Assembly: GCA_043800755.1 (NCBI GenBank)
Contig: JAZDMQ010000017.1
Location: 34,297-98,296, forward strand
DNA from: a bacterium
Lineage (GTDB): Bacteria > Methylomirabilota > Methylomirabilia > CAVQYV01
Reading direction: 5' to 3'
DNA: 64,000 nucleotides
Shown here: positions 18,470-28,737 of the stretch, piece after piece
Layout of the letters: the number at the start of each line of letters is the position of its first letter
How positions within the stretch are numbered: the stretch's first letter is position 1
Notes under the pieces: generated by a model
Database searches by the model: none
The model's input: only the letters and a program-made list of their open reading frames with translations
What the model was told of the DNA's origin: nothing
Position numbers and translations under genes: made by a program

Positions 18470-19023
18470 ATGAAAAAGAGGTGGAAAAAAACCAGAGGAA
18501 AGGAAGAGCTGAGATGACAGACGAGAGATTCGAGGGCAATTCGACGGTGGAAAGCATGGACAGCGGCAAGGTAGAGAAGGTGGTGGTGGCCAAGATCAAG
18601 ATGGGGGTCAGCCTTCTCCGGGCGCTGGAGGAGATTGCCCTTCGCGAAGGTATTCAGGCAGGCCTCATCCTTTCCGGGGTGGGGGCCCTGAAAGCGGCCG
18701 TCTTTCGCAACCTTAAAGAATTCCCTCAAGAGTTCCCGGTATCCCCCCAGAACCGCCTCTATTTCAAGCGCGAGCAACCCCTGGAGATCCTTTCTCTCAC
18801 CGGCCACATCTCCCGTACCTCAGAGGGAAAACCGGAGATCCATGCCCACTTTTCGGCCTCGGCCGTGGACGGGGACAAGATCGTCGCCTTCGGGGGCCAT
18901 CTGACCGAAGAGGCCATCACCTATGTGAAGGTGGTGGTGGCGATTGCCGCCCTCTCCGGTATCTCCATGGTCACCCAAGTCGATCCCGCTACCAAATCAC
19001 CTGACTTAGTGGTGGGAGGCTGA
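18466..19023 (+). CDS. PPC-domain (DUF296) DNA-binding protein
   Basis: 185 aa. Central LRALEEIALREGIQAGLILSGVGALKAAVFRN...IHAHFSASAVDGDKIVAFGGHL matches the PPC/DUF296 fold signature. Likely real start at the internal MTDERF. Confidence 0.6.
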   Translation: MNEKEVEKNQRKGRAEMTDERFEGNSTVESMDSGKVEKVVVAKIKMGVSLLRALEEIALREGIQAGLILSGVGALKAAVFRNLKEFPQEFPVSPQNRLYFKREQPLEILSLTGHISRTSEGKPEIHAHFSASAVDGDKIVAFGGHLTEEAITYVKVVVAIAALSGISMVTQVDPATKSPDLVVGG

Positions 19024-19094
19024 TGGAAGCAAGGGGGCATTCCAGATATGAGGCCGAGCACCACCTTGCCTGAGATAAGTTTCAAAATCTGATT

Positions 19095-22000
19095 TTGACT
19101 GTCTCCAGTAGCCTGGCCCTGAGCGAGGTCATCCAGCGTCTGGCCGACGGCGTGGTCAAGGACCTGGCCTATCCTGTCTGTTATGCCAACCTCTATCATC
19201 CGGAAGAAAACAATCTCTCTATCGTAGGCTTCGCCCCGCGAGGAAAGCTTCTGGCGATGGCAGAGAAGATGCTGAATCTGCGGGGTCGATGAGATCCGTT
19301 TCCCCTTTAAGGCAGCAGTACCCGCCTATGCGCGCATCTTCCGGGGAGAGGAGTTCGTCATCAAGGACTATGGGGAATTGGTGAGTCCCTACCTCCCTTC
19401 CTCCGTGGCCCACGCCTCACAAAAGGTCTTCGGGGTCAAGAGAGCATCCTGGTGGTCCCCCTGCGCAGCAAGGAAGAGCTCCTGGGGGTCTTCCTGGTGG
19501 GCAACACCAACGACGATTTCTCCCCCGAGGAACGGGAGACCATGCGGATCGTGGCCCGACATGCGGCCATCGCCATGGAGAAGGCCTTGTTCTACGAGGC
19601 ACTGGAGCGGGAGAAGAAAGAGGCGGAGGCGATGGCGGAGATCGCCAAAGACCTCTCCACCTCCCTGGATCTCCGCCGCACCCTCCGCACCATCGTGAGA
19701 TATGCCCGAACCCTCTGTCAGTGCGACCTTTCGGCGGTCGCCCTCTATCACAAGGAATTGGGCTGTGCAATGATCACCGAGTACGAGGGCGCCCGGACCG
19801 ATGTTCTAAAAGACCTGAAGATCTATCCGGGAAAGGGGCCGGGAGGAAAGGTCCTGGAGACTGGACGAGTGTGGATCACCGATGATTTCCTCCATGATCC
19901 CCGCCTCACCCGCGACTACGACCGTGAAGCAAAGACCGAGGGCCTCCGCACCAATTTGGCTGTTCCCATCTTCTTCCAGCAGGAAATCGCCGGAATCCTG
20001 TAGGTAGTGAATCGTTCGCCCTCCTCCTTCACGCCCTACCATCAGAGGATTCTACAAAAGCCATCGAACCAGGCGGGGATTGCCATACTCAACGCCCAGC
20101 TCTATGAGGGTTCCAAGCAGGCATTGCAGAGACAGAGGTCACTGGTGGAGATCGTGGCGGCCATCAACGCCTCACGGGATCACAAAGAGATCCTGATGAT
20201 CATCGCCCAATTTGCCACGGAGTTCTGCCATGGAGACGCAGCCGCGGTTTATGGCTTGAATGAGGAGGGATACCTGATCCTGCAGGCGGGCCATAACCTC
20301 TCTCCCCTCTTCGCCAAGGCCGTTGAGGAGGCAAAGATCCTTCCGGCAGAGGCGGCGATCAACAAGACCATCATCTCCGGTTTTCCGGTCGAGGTCTTCG
20401 ATCCCTGCACTGAGCCGGACTTTCCTCCCAAGCTGATCGCCCTCCTGAAAAAGGATGGCCTAAGAAGTCTTATCACCATGGCCCTTACCAGGGGGGGGGA
20501 GGGAGATCGGGGCCCTGACGGTCTTTCGCCGTCAGCTTCAGCACTTCAGCTCCGAGGAGCTCAACCTCCTGAACATCCTGACCCAGCATATCGCCGTCTC
20601 CCTGGAAAAGAATCTCCTCTACCGCGAAATGGAGGACCGCAGCACTCGACTCGCGGTGCTGAGCGAAATCGCCAAGGCCATCAGCACCTCTTTGGACTCG
20701 GAGCAGATCTTCCACGCCATGCTGGCGGAGATCGACCGCATCATCCCCTGCCAAAGGGCGGCCCTTTATCTCTTCCAACCAGAACGAGATGTCTTCATCC
20801 TCCAATTCCTCTACGAAAAACACCCCGATCCCGAGCACCTGAACCACAAGGAGAGGCCCGCTTCCGAAACCCCGGCCAGCATCTCCTTTTTCGCCAAAAA
20901 ACCCTTTTATGTCAAGAATACACGGGAATCCGATCTGGCTGTCGTCCAGGAGTTGAAGGCCCTGAACTCGATGGGAATCCTCTCCGTGCTTTACATCCCT
21001 ATCCTGGGAGATGATACCTGCCTCGGGGTCTTGAGCCTGGGGAGTTCTGAACTCGCGGGGTTCCGTGAGGACCAGATCCGCCTCCTCAGCGAGCTCTCCC
21101 CCACCTGGCCCTGGCCCTGAAGAATGCCCGGCTCTATGCGGAGCTCAGGCAGACCCTCTCTGCGCTGGAAAGGACGCAGGAACGAGTCCTGCAGGCGGAG
21201 AAACTCAAGGCCCTGGGGGAAATGGCCTCGGGAATCGCCCACGATTTCAATAACCTGCTCGCCACGATCCTGGTGCGGGCGGAACTCCTGGAGCGCAGGA
21301 TCACTGATCCTGAAGTTCAAGAGTGGGCGCGAGTCATCCAGAGGACAGTCTTGGATGGAGCGGAAACCGTGAGAAGGCTGCGCTCCTTCTATAAGGGGGA
21401 GCCCGGTCTGGAGAAAGGCCCTCAGGATCTCGATCAAATCCTCGAGGAGGTCATCCGTCGGACCGAACCCAGATGGAAGGATCAGGCCCAAGTGAAGGGA
21501 ATTACTATCGAGCTGGAAATGGACCTGCAGCCGGTGCGCCCCATACTTGGCAATGCCTCCGAGCTCCGGGAGGTCTTCACCAACCTCATCTTTAACGCCA
21601 CTGACGCCCTCCCCCACGGAGGAAAGATATCCATCTCCACCCGACTGCGGGATGCCGGTTTGCCCGGGGAAATGGTTGAGGTTTCCGTGTCTGATAACGG
21701 GATCGGCATGTCGGAGGAGGTATTAGAACGGGCCTTCGATCCCTTCTTTACCACCAAGGGGGCCCGCGGCTCGGGTCTGGGCCTCTCGGTCTCCTACGGC
21801 ATCATCAAGCGCTACCGGGGGAAGATCTCTATCCGCTCCCGCTTGAACCATGGCACTTCCATCCTGATCCAATTTCCTTCCACGCTGGGAATGCCCGAAC
21901 AAAGCATTTTCCCTCCCATGAATTTGACCTCCCCCCGCTGAGGATTCTGGTGATAGAGGATGAAAAGGAGCTCGCGGAGGGCCTCCAACAGATGCTCTCT

Positions 22001-22300
22001 CTCTTTGGCCACCAAGTGGACCTGGCCTTTGGGGGAAGGGAGGGCCTCCATCAATTTGCGGAGGGCACCTACGACCTGGTCTTCACGGACCTGGGGATGC
22101 CCAATCTATCTGGCCTGGATGTGGCGGAGGCCATCAAGACCCAAACCCCTTCCATTCCCATCTTGCTGATCACCGGCTCCGGGGATCATGTCGATCTCTC
22201 CGAGGTGAAAGGCCTCGGCATCGATGGGGTTGTGGCGAAGCCGTTCCGCATTGGAGAGATCGTGCAGGCCATGCGCCAAATCACCTCCCCTTCCCACTGA
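19095..22300 (+). CDS. Multi-GAF hybrid sensor histidine kinase (HisKA-HATPase-REC), reading frame interrupted several times
   Basis: GAF-like blocks (…SILVVPLRSKEELLGVFLVGN…, …LSVLYIPILGDDTCLGVLSLG…). HisKA H-box MASGIAHDFNNLL. HATPase (VSDNGIGM, GSGLGLSV). C-terminal receiver (LRILVIEDE...VFTDLGMP...AKPF). Frame breaks: ~19290 and ~19441 (compensating pair); in-frame TAG at 20001; G9 run 20491-20499; C5 run 21098-21102; C6 run 21931-21936 (HK-REC junction). Confidence 0.65.
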
Positions 22301-22486
22301 CCTTCCCCACTCCCCCGACCAACCCACAGACGAAGGCAGCGGCGCGAGAGAAACCACGAAGTCGCGAGGAGCCCCCTGTCGAATGGGAACTTCAAGGACC
22401 TGAAGGCGATTCCTTCAGCGGAAGCGGGTTAAACAGGGAGGGGTGGGGCCCCGCACACAGGGCGGGGCTTGCGGGGAACGTCCCGG

Positions 22487-23797
22487 TCAAAAGGTAAGCT
22501 GCTCACAGAGACAGGCCCCAAAGAGTTCCTTGGGGCGGTTAAAATAGCCAATCTCCAAGGCTGGAAACTCCCCCCGCAGGAGCCGCAGCATGTCCCTTAT
22601 CCCAAGGCATCGATCGGTGGAGGGAGGGAGGGCTTTCAGGTAAAGATCCGGATCGATGGAGAGGTTGCGCATCTGAATCATGTCCAATCGGGTCTTCTCC
22701 ACCAGCCTGCATAATCCTTCTACCTCCCAGCTCTGGTCGGTCACCCCGGGAAAGACCAGTAGGTTGATGGCCGTGAAGGCCCCCCTGGCCTTTGCCCGGA
22801 GGACGGATTCCACCACCTCATCAAGCCTGTACCCGCGGGGCCGAAAGTAGGCATCGTAGAGGGAGGCATTGGTGGAGTTGAGGCTGACGCGGATGGAATT
22901 CAGGCCTGCCCGGCAAAGCCGCTCCACGGCGAGGGGATCACTCCCGTTGGTGTTGAGATGGATCGTCCCCCGGTCCGTTTCGCGCCTCATCCCCTGGATG
23001 GACTGCTCCAACAGGCCCGCCTGCAGCAAGGGTTCCCCCTCGCAGCCTTGGCCGAAACTGACGATCCCCTGCTCGGTCGCCCCCAGATGAAAAACCGCCA
23101 CTTCTACCACTTCCTCCACGGAGGGCACAAACTGGATGCGCTCCTGCGAGGCCGGGCAGCAGTCGGAGGGTTGAAGGGAGATACACCCTAAGCATTGAGA
23201 ATTGCAGGAGGGAGAGGTAGGAAGCGGGGCCTCCCAACGATTGAGAAAAAGGTTCTTTGCGGCAAAACAATGATATTCGGTGGCGCAACGGGCCAGTTGG
23301 TGCAGGAGGCGGTTTTGCGGGGACTTCTGCAGGCGAGTTTCTATCCCCGCCAGCACTACCCGATCGTCATAGTGGGCCACCTCGGAGTGATCGATCGGAT
23401 CGGTCCTCACCGCGGCCGCCACAAATCCACCTTCAGCCCAGCCCACCGCGGTATAGGACCACAACGGCAGGATCTTTTCCCCTCCCCCAGGGCCTACGGC
23501 CGGCAACAGGATTCGAGTGTAGGCCGGGGGAAGGAAGGCGGAAACCGCCAGGCCATGCCACCGCCGGTCCCCCAGGGAGGCCGTCCGGGTGCCCTCGAAG
23601 TCTCCTGTGTGGAAATCCCAGCCCAGGGCTTCCTTTCCCGGGAGGAGAAAGAGGCGGGAGCCTTCGGGGAGGGGGATGAGGTCTTCCTCTCTCACCCTCA
23701 CTATTCTGCCCCCGGACCTGCCCGCCATTTCCAGGTGAGGATGATCATAGATGCGGCCGGCCTTGTCGGCGAAGACTGCAGAGATCATTGCTGACAA
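22487..23797 (-). CDS. Radical SAM enzyme (MoaA/NifB/PqqE-like core) with ~190-aa uncharacterized N-terminal domain
   Basis: 436 aa. CNSQCLGC (CxxxCxxC), GQGCEGEPLL and HLNTNGS are radical SAM core motifs. The N-terminal 190 aa have no obvious family. Confidence 0.7.
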   Translation of the reverse strand: MSAMISAVFADKAGRIYDHPHLEMAGRSGGRIVRVREEDLIPLPEGSRLFLLPGKEALGWDFHTGDFEGTRTASLGDRRWHGLAVSAFLPPAYTRILLPAVGPGGGEKILPLWSYTAVGWAEGGFVAAAVRTDPIDHSEVAHYDDRVVLAGIETRLQKSPQNRLLHQLARCATEYHCFAAKNLFLNRWEAPLPTSPSCNSQCLGCISLQPSDCCPASQERIQFVPSVEEVVEVAVFHLGATEQGIVSFGQGCEGEPLLQAGLLEQSIQGMRRETDRGTIHLNTNGSDPLAVERLCRAGLNSIRVSLNSTNASLYDAYFRPRGYRLDEVVESVLRAKARGAFTAINLLVFPGVTDQSWEVEGLCRLVEKTRLDMIQMRNLSIDPDLYLKALPPSTDRCLGIRDMLRLLRGEFPALEIGYFNRPKELFGACLCEQLTF

Positions 23798-23815
23798 ATT
23801 GAATCCTTTATCCTG

Positions 23816-24743
23816 CTAACTCCCGCCCTTCCCCTGCCTGCTTTCCAGGCCCAAGTCTTCCTTTACCTTCAGGATCTGATCCCAGGTGAAAGGGTCAATC
23901 AAAACCCCTTCCTGGATACGCTGCCTTTCAGTTCTCCATTCCAGCTCCCCCGGGAGGAGGATCTCCTGACACCCTGGCCGCAGGCGGGAGGTCTTGAGGT
24001 GTCTTCCTAACTCTGCCACCTGAGAAGTGAATAGCTCTCGGGCCACGAAATCCTCCACCCTGATGGCAAACAAGAAGAGGCCCTGTAGGTCAGGACTCGT
24101 CTCTCTGCGGCTGTAGCCCGCCCCGGTCAAAATCCCGGCCAGGGCCTCCACCATCACTGCCAGGCCGTAGCCCTTGTATCCAGCCATGGGAAGGAGCGTT
24201 GCCGGAGGGGAGGCCTCCAGGGCAAGAGGATCAGAGATCGGGTTCCCCGCCGCATCCTGAAGCCAACCCAGGGGCAGATCCTCCCCTCGATTCCGCCTCA
24301 CCGCCACCTTGCCCATGGCCACCACTGAGGTTGCAATGTCCAGGCAGAGGGGGAAAGGCCCCGCCGGAATGGCAACCGCCAAGGGATTAGTGGAGAATCG
24401 CCCCTCCAGGCCTCCGAAGGGTGCCACCACTCCTTAATGCCTTGGCCACGGCGATCTCCGCCGCAAAGCGGCCGGTCACCTGCCCGAAGGCCTTGTGACC
24501 ATTGACCTGGGCAGTGGTAGCTCCTTCCGTCGCCACTTCTGGCCGGGCCCTTGGCTGGATCTGTCCCCGTTTGCAGGCCTCGAAATACTGGGGGATGCGA
24601 ATGACCCCGTGGGAGTCGTGCCCCCGCAGGTTGGAGCACACCAGAAGATGTGCTATCCAGGCTGCATCGTCGAAAGATGCCCCCATGGCCCCTACGATGC
24701 TGGCGACCTCCAATTCCAGTTCCCTCTTCGAAAAGGTAGGCAA
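23816..24743 (-). pseudogene. Ldh_2 family (malate/L-lactate/sulfolactate dehydrogenase type 2) gene with internal loss of ~40 codons and frame change
   Basis: N-terminal part (HGVIRIPQY...GQVTGRFAAEIAVAKA) and C-terminal part (VAPFGGLEGRFSTNPLAVAIP...GYKGYGLAVMVE) are in different frames. The ~40 residues between them, conserved in the family (e.g. E. coli AllD), are absent. Confidence 0.5.
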
Positions 24744-24839
24744 GTCTCCTCCATCTTAGAAATGCAGAGAGATGGAAGGGCGGGGTGTTTTGGGTTCAGC
24801 GATCGGCGGCTGGAAAAGCACGAGAGGGTGGATCTCCCT

Positions 24840-25439
24840 TCAGCGGGCGAGGTCTTGACCCAGGGTGTAGGCTTCTTCCATCTCTTTTGCCTTCTTCCAG
24901 ATCTCTCCCTTGGCCCCTACCCCCGGGACGATCAAACGATGTCGCAGGCGCCATTTCAGATACTCGAAGGAACGTTGAAACATCTCCAGGGTAGCATTCG
25001 CGGCCTGAGGATCCTCCTCCTCGAAGACCACCACCAAGGCTGCCTCCCGGCCCTCGATCTTGCCTCGCTGTTCTCCCCCACAGTAATAATACAGGCGATC
25101 CCAGAAGGCCTTCATTAACGCCGTGGGGCCATACCAGTAAAGCGGGGTCCCAAAGACGAAGCAATCGAAGTCGGGGAGGCGGGAATAGAGCCCTTCCATA
25201 TCATCGCCCTGCGGGCAGACGCCGCTCTTCCAGCAAACGTTGCACCCATCGCATTCCGCGATCTTCAAATCGGAAAGGAGGATCTCCTCACAGTAGGCGC
25301 CCGCCTCCCTCGCTCCCTCCAAGATCTTGGAGATCAGGACATGGGTATTCCCATTCCTTCGAGGACTGCCCATAATGCCCAGGATCCTTTTCACTCGCCC
25401 GCCTCCTTCTGGTCTATCAATCGGATGTGGAAGGGACAT
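24840..25439 (-). CDS. NADPH-dependent FMN reductase-like iron-sulfur flavoprotein
   Basis: ILGIMGSPRRNGNT flavodoxin-like start. Cys cluster CDGCNVCWKSGVCP as in Isf-type iron-sulfur flavoproteins. Confidence 0.7.
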   Translation of the reverse strand: MSLPHPIDRPEGGGRVKRILGIMGSPRRNGNTHVLISKILEGAREAGAYCEEILLSDLKIAECDGCNVCWKSGVCPQGDDMEGLYSRLPDFDCFVFGTPLYWYGPTALMKAFWDRLYYYCGGEQRGKIEGREAALVVVFEEEDPQAANATLEMFQRSFEYLKWRLRHRLIVPGVGAKGEIWKKAKEMEEAYTLGQDLAR

Positions 25440-26055
25440 CCGCCTCTTGCGCCTGCTTGAGCTTCAGCTTCTTCACCAGCTCCGGATAGGAGGAGGACAA
25501 GAGGATCTTGTTGAACTGCACCCGATAGTTGTTCACCAGGCTCACCCCTTCGATGCTGACATCGTAGATGAGCCAATCGGACCCCTTCTTGCGCAGCCGA
25601 TAGTCGATGGAAACCTCCACCTCTCGTTGGGTGATGACCTTGGACTCCACTGTCGCGTAGTCACCCTCGATGCTCTCCTTGACATAGAGGATCTTCTCAT
25701 TTTTGTAGCCTTCGATCTTCCCCATGTAGGATCGATCGAGGAGGTCGCTGAAGATACTCACAAATTCCCTCTTCTCCTCCGGTGTCCGCTCAGCCCAGTG
25801 CAGAGCCAGAGACCGTTTTGCCAACTCCTCCCAATCGAAGCGGTCATCGGCTATCTTCCGGAGGAGCCTTCGTCTCTCCGCCGTCTTGGATTTGGACTTT
25901 AGCTTCGGATCCTTCAGGGTCTCCAGGATCTTATCCGTGCTCTGCTTGAGCAAGTTGGTTGGCTCCCCTGCCCGGGCAAATGGGCTATACCACAACAGGA
26001 GAGTCAGAGGCAGCAGTGCCCCCAGGAAATACCTGATGGTCCGGTATCGTTTCAC
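25417..26055 (-). CDS. mlaC: MlaC/Ttg2D-family phospholipid-binding periplasmic protein
   Basis: 212 aa, signal peptide, Tgt2/MlaC-like sequence. Lies in an operon with mlaDEF. Confidence 0.75.
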   Translation of the reverse strand: MKRYRTIRYFLGALLPLTLLLWYSPFARAGEPTNLLKQSTDKILETLKDPKLKSKSKTAERRRLLRKIADDRFDWEELAKRSLALHWAERTPEEKREFVSIFSDLLDRSYMGKIEGYKNEKILYVKESIEGDYATVESKVITQREVEVSIDYRLRKKGSDWLIYDVSIEGVSLVNNYRVQFNKILLSSSYPELVKKLKLKQAQEADVPSTSD

Positions 26056-26103
26056 TTCTGTCCTCCCTTAGCAAGCTGGGTTGAGGGTGCACATCCAGGC
26101 GCC

Positions 26104-27477
26104 TCAGGGCGTCTTGAGGTATCCTCCCGTCGCCTGCGTGAGATTGGCCCAACCCATCTTTTCGTTGTAGATTGAACGATAGTAATCCGCCTTCATCGTT
26201 CCATAGGCCACCACCGCATCTGCTAAGTCTTTGGCCTCTCCAATCCCCAGGTCGTAATTGGCCGAGGCGGCCACCATCCACTTGCGGGCATTTTGGTAGG
26301 CCCCTTCCAGGGATTTTATATTCTTCCTCGCCTCCGCCAACTCCTGATAGGCCTTGCTGACCTGCACTGGGATCCCCATCTCTGCCTGATCTTTGAGGGC
26401 CTGCACCTTGCGATATTCTGCCCTCGCCTCATTCACCCTTCCCGAGGTGATCCCGAAATTGATGCCCAGTCTCACCCCTATGACCACCCCGCCCCACTCA
26501 TGGTAGAGGGGATCATAGACGAAGGGATTCTTGACCCAGGATCGATTGGAGGCGGCGGCCCAGGAATAAAACCCTGCGAGGAAGAGTTGGGGAAAAAGGT
26601 CCGCATAAGCGGAGTCTACCAGTTCCTTTTTGGACAGCAGGCCCTCCCTCGCCTGTGCGAATTCGGGGCGGAGGCCCCTTGCCTTGGCGATGTAGGCCTC
26701 CAGGGGTTCCAGAGGGAGATCCTCGAAGACCAGCCTCTTTTCCGCAGGCTCCAGATTGACGCCCCACTCATAGCCCAGGGTCGCCTTCAAGGCATCCTGG
26801 GCCAGGGCAATCCCCTTCTCCGTCTCGTGCAGGTATTTATCCACCTGGCCCAGGTAGGCCCTCATTTTGAAGAGATCCACCTCATCGACTCCCGAGGTCC
26901 CCGCATCAAGCTTCTCTTGCAGGCTCCGCTCGGCCCCCCCCAGCATGTCTTTGAGCTCCAGGATATGATTGCGCACCGTCTTGGCCAAGAGAAGGCCGTA
27001 ATAGAGCTCCTTCGTCCTGAGAATAATGTCCCCCTTCTTCTGGTCCACCTTGGCCTCCGCATAATTGATTCCATGATGGGCAGCCCTGCGGAGGCTCGAG
27101 ATCTTGCCAAAGGTATAAAGGGGCTGGATGAGATTGACATCTGCCCGACCAAAGACCCCGTCGATATGGAGATCTGTCTGTTTGTCCGGGGAATAGACCT
27201 GGTTGCCCCGGGCCCGATTGGACGGTCCACCCATGCCTAAAAGCTCGATCTGGGGCCACAAGGCCGCATCAGCCTGCTCTTTCTTGCTCTGGAAGATCTC
27301 GATGTCATACTGGGTCTCCCGGATCTCCGGGCTAAACTCCAGGGCCCGTTGGATCGCCTGATCCAGGCTCAGGATCAACTGCTCTTCAGAGGCGGCCCCG
27401 GAGGGCAAGAAAAGGGTAATCGCCAGGGCGGCCAATCCCCAGAACAGGAAAAGGGGCCTTCTCCTTCTATCCTCCAT
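26104..27477 (-). CDS. TolC-family outer-membrane efflux protein
   Basis: 457 aa. Signal peptide. Two repeat halves with the OEP pattern (LSLDQAIQRALEFSPEIR...). Confidence 0.8.
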   Translation of the reverse strand: MEDRRRRPLFLFWGLAALAITLFLPSGAASEEQLILSLDQAIQRALEFSPEIRETQYDIEIFQSKKEQADAALWPQIELLGMGGPSNRARGNQVYSPDKQTDLHIDGVFGRADVNLIQPLYTFGKISSLRRAAHHGINYAEAKVDQKKGDIILRTKELYYGLLLAKTVRNHILELKDMLGGAERSLQEKLDAGTSGVDEVDLFKMRAYLGQVDKYLHETEKGIALAQDALKATLGYEWGVNLEPAEKRLVFEDLPLEPLEAYIAKARGLRPEFAQAREGLLSKKELVDSAYADLFPQLFLAGFYSWAAASNRSWVKNPFVYDPLYHEWGGVVIGVRLGINFGITSGRVNEARAEYRKVQALKDQAEMGIPVQVSKAYQELAEARKNIKSLEGAYQNARKWMVAASANYDLGIGEAKDLADAVVAYGTMKADYYRSIYNEKMGWANLTQATGGYLKTP

Positions 27478-27531
27478 GATTCCCTCCCGTATCGCGGAGA
27501 CTCGTAATCTTCGCCCAGGATTAAAGCTCGA

Positions 27532-27993
27532 TTAAACCTTTCCGTGAATGTACTTGGACAAAAGCTCCTCCAAGTCAATGGGGGCCTCGGTCTCTCGCAC
27601 CCATTCTCCAGGGGCCAGTAGCTTTTCCGACCCTCCCGGAGAGATGGAGAGGTATTTCTCGCCCATCAGGCCCTTGGTCTTTACGGAGAGGATGGCGTCC
27701 TCCTGGATTTGAATCCCAGGTTGCAGGCGCAGCACCAACTTGGCCTGATATTGATCCAGACTGATCTCCTTTACCCGGCCCACCTGCACCCCCGCAATCT
27801 CAATCACCGATCCTTTTTTCAGGCCTCCGGTATTGGATAGCTTGGTATAAAGGTCATATCCTTGATTTCCCACGATTTCCATCTTCCCCAAGCGGATGGA
27901 GAGGTAGGCCAGGGAGACTAACCCGAGGAGCACGAAGATCCCCACCGTTAGCTCCAGGTCAAATTTTTTCATGCGACCCTCCTTCACTGGCAT
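27532..27993 (-). CDS. mlaD: MlaD (MCE-domain) protein
   Basis: N-terminal TM anchor followed by an MCE domain (GYDLYTKLSNTGGLKKGSVIEIAGVQVGRV). Probable start at MKKFDLE (27972). Confidence 0.8.
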   Translation of the reverse strand: MPVKEGRMKKFDLELTVGIFVLLGLVSLAYLSIRLGKMEIVGNQGYDLYTKLSNTGGLKKGSVIEIAGVQVGRVKEISLDQYQAKLVLRLQPGIQIQEDAILSVKTKGLMGEKYLSISPGGSEKLLAPGEWVRETEAPIDLEELLSKYIHGKV

Positions 27994-28730
27994 TCTATTG
28001 GCCCCTCCGTGGCCCCTGAAATGAATTGAACCACCTCGGGATGAGTTGAGGCCTGGATCTGGGCGGGTGTTCCCACTTCCACGATTACCCCCTGGTTAAG
28101 GAGTGCCACGCGGTCCACTATCTCAAAGATCCTGGGGATTTCGTGGCTGACGATGATCCCCGTGAATTTGAGCCGCTCATGGCAACGGTAGATCAAGCGG
28201 TGGATCAGGCTGGCAGTGATGGGATCCAGGCCGGTGGTCGGCTCGTCGAAGAGCATGATCTCCGGCTCCATGATCAATGCCCTCGCCAAGGCAGCCCTTT
28301 TTTTCATCCCCCCGCTCAACTCTGCGGGGTACTTATCCACCGCTCCGGTCATGGCCACCTGTTCCAATTCGAAAAGGACCCTCTCTCTGATCTCTGCTTC
28401 CTTCTTCTTGGTCTTCTCCCGCAGGGGGAAGGCCACATTCTCAAAAACGGTGAGGGAGTCAAACAGGGCCCCCCCCTGAAAGAGGAAGCCGAATCGGGTC
28501 CGCATCCGCTCCAACGCCCTTCCCCGCAGCTGAAAGATATCCTGATCCCCGATGAGCACCTGACCTCGATCTGGCCTCATCAGGCCTATTACATGCTTCA
28601 GGAGCACGCTCTTGCCAAATCCACTCATCCCGATCAGGGCAAGAACCTCCCCCTCCTCCACCTGCAGGGAGACGCCCTGGAGCACCTGGTGTCCATCGAA
28701 GGACTTGCAAAGCCCGTGGATCTTGATCAT
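27984..28730 (-). CDS. mlaF: ABC transporter ATP-binding protein MlaF
   Basis: Walker A GMSGFGKS, signature LSGGMKKR, Walker B MLFDEPT. Confidence 0.85.
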   Translation of the reverse strand: MIKIHGLCKSFDGHQVLQGVSLQVEEGEVLALIGMSGFGKSVLLKHVIGLMRPDRGQVLIGDQDIFQLRGRALERMRTRFGFLFQGGALFDSLTVFENVAFPLREKTKKKEAEIRERVLFELEQVAMTGAVDKYPAELSGGMKKRAALARALIMEPEIMLFDEPTTGLDPITASLIHRLIYRCHERLKFTGIIVSHEIPRIFEIVDRVALLNQGVIVEVGTPAQIQASTHPEVVQFISGATEGPIECQ

Positions 28731-28737
28731 TCCCGCC

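Noticed and set aside
20001-20003. In-frame TAG in the histidine kinase as a pyrrolysine codon
   Set aside because: It is a single occurrence in a gene that also carries several indel-type disruptions, and no pyl genes are visible in the window. A substitution error or nonsense mutation is more parsimonious.
22300-22490. G-rich tract (GGGAGGGGTGGGG…GGGCGGGG…GCGGGG) as a G-quadruplex or terminator
   Set aside because: It lies in a convergent intergenic region, but there is no T-run after the putative hairpin. G-runs are common in this genome, so this is too weak to call.
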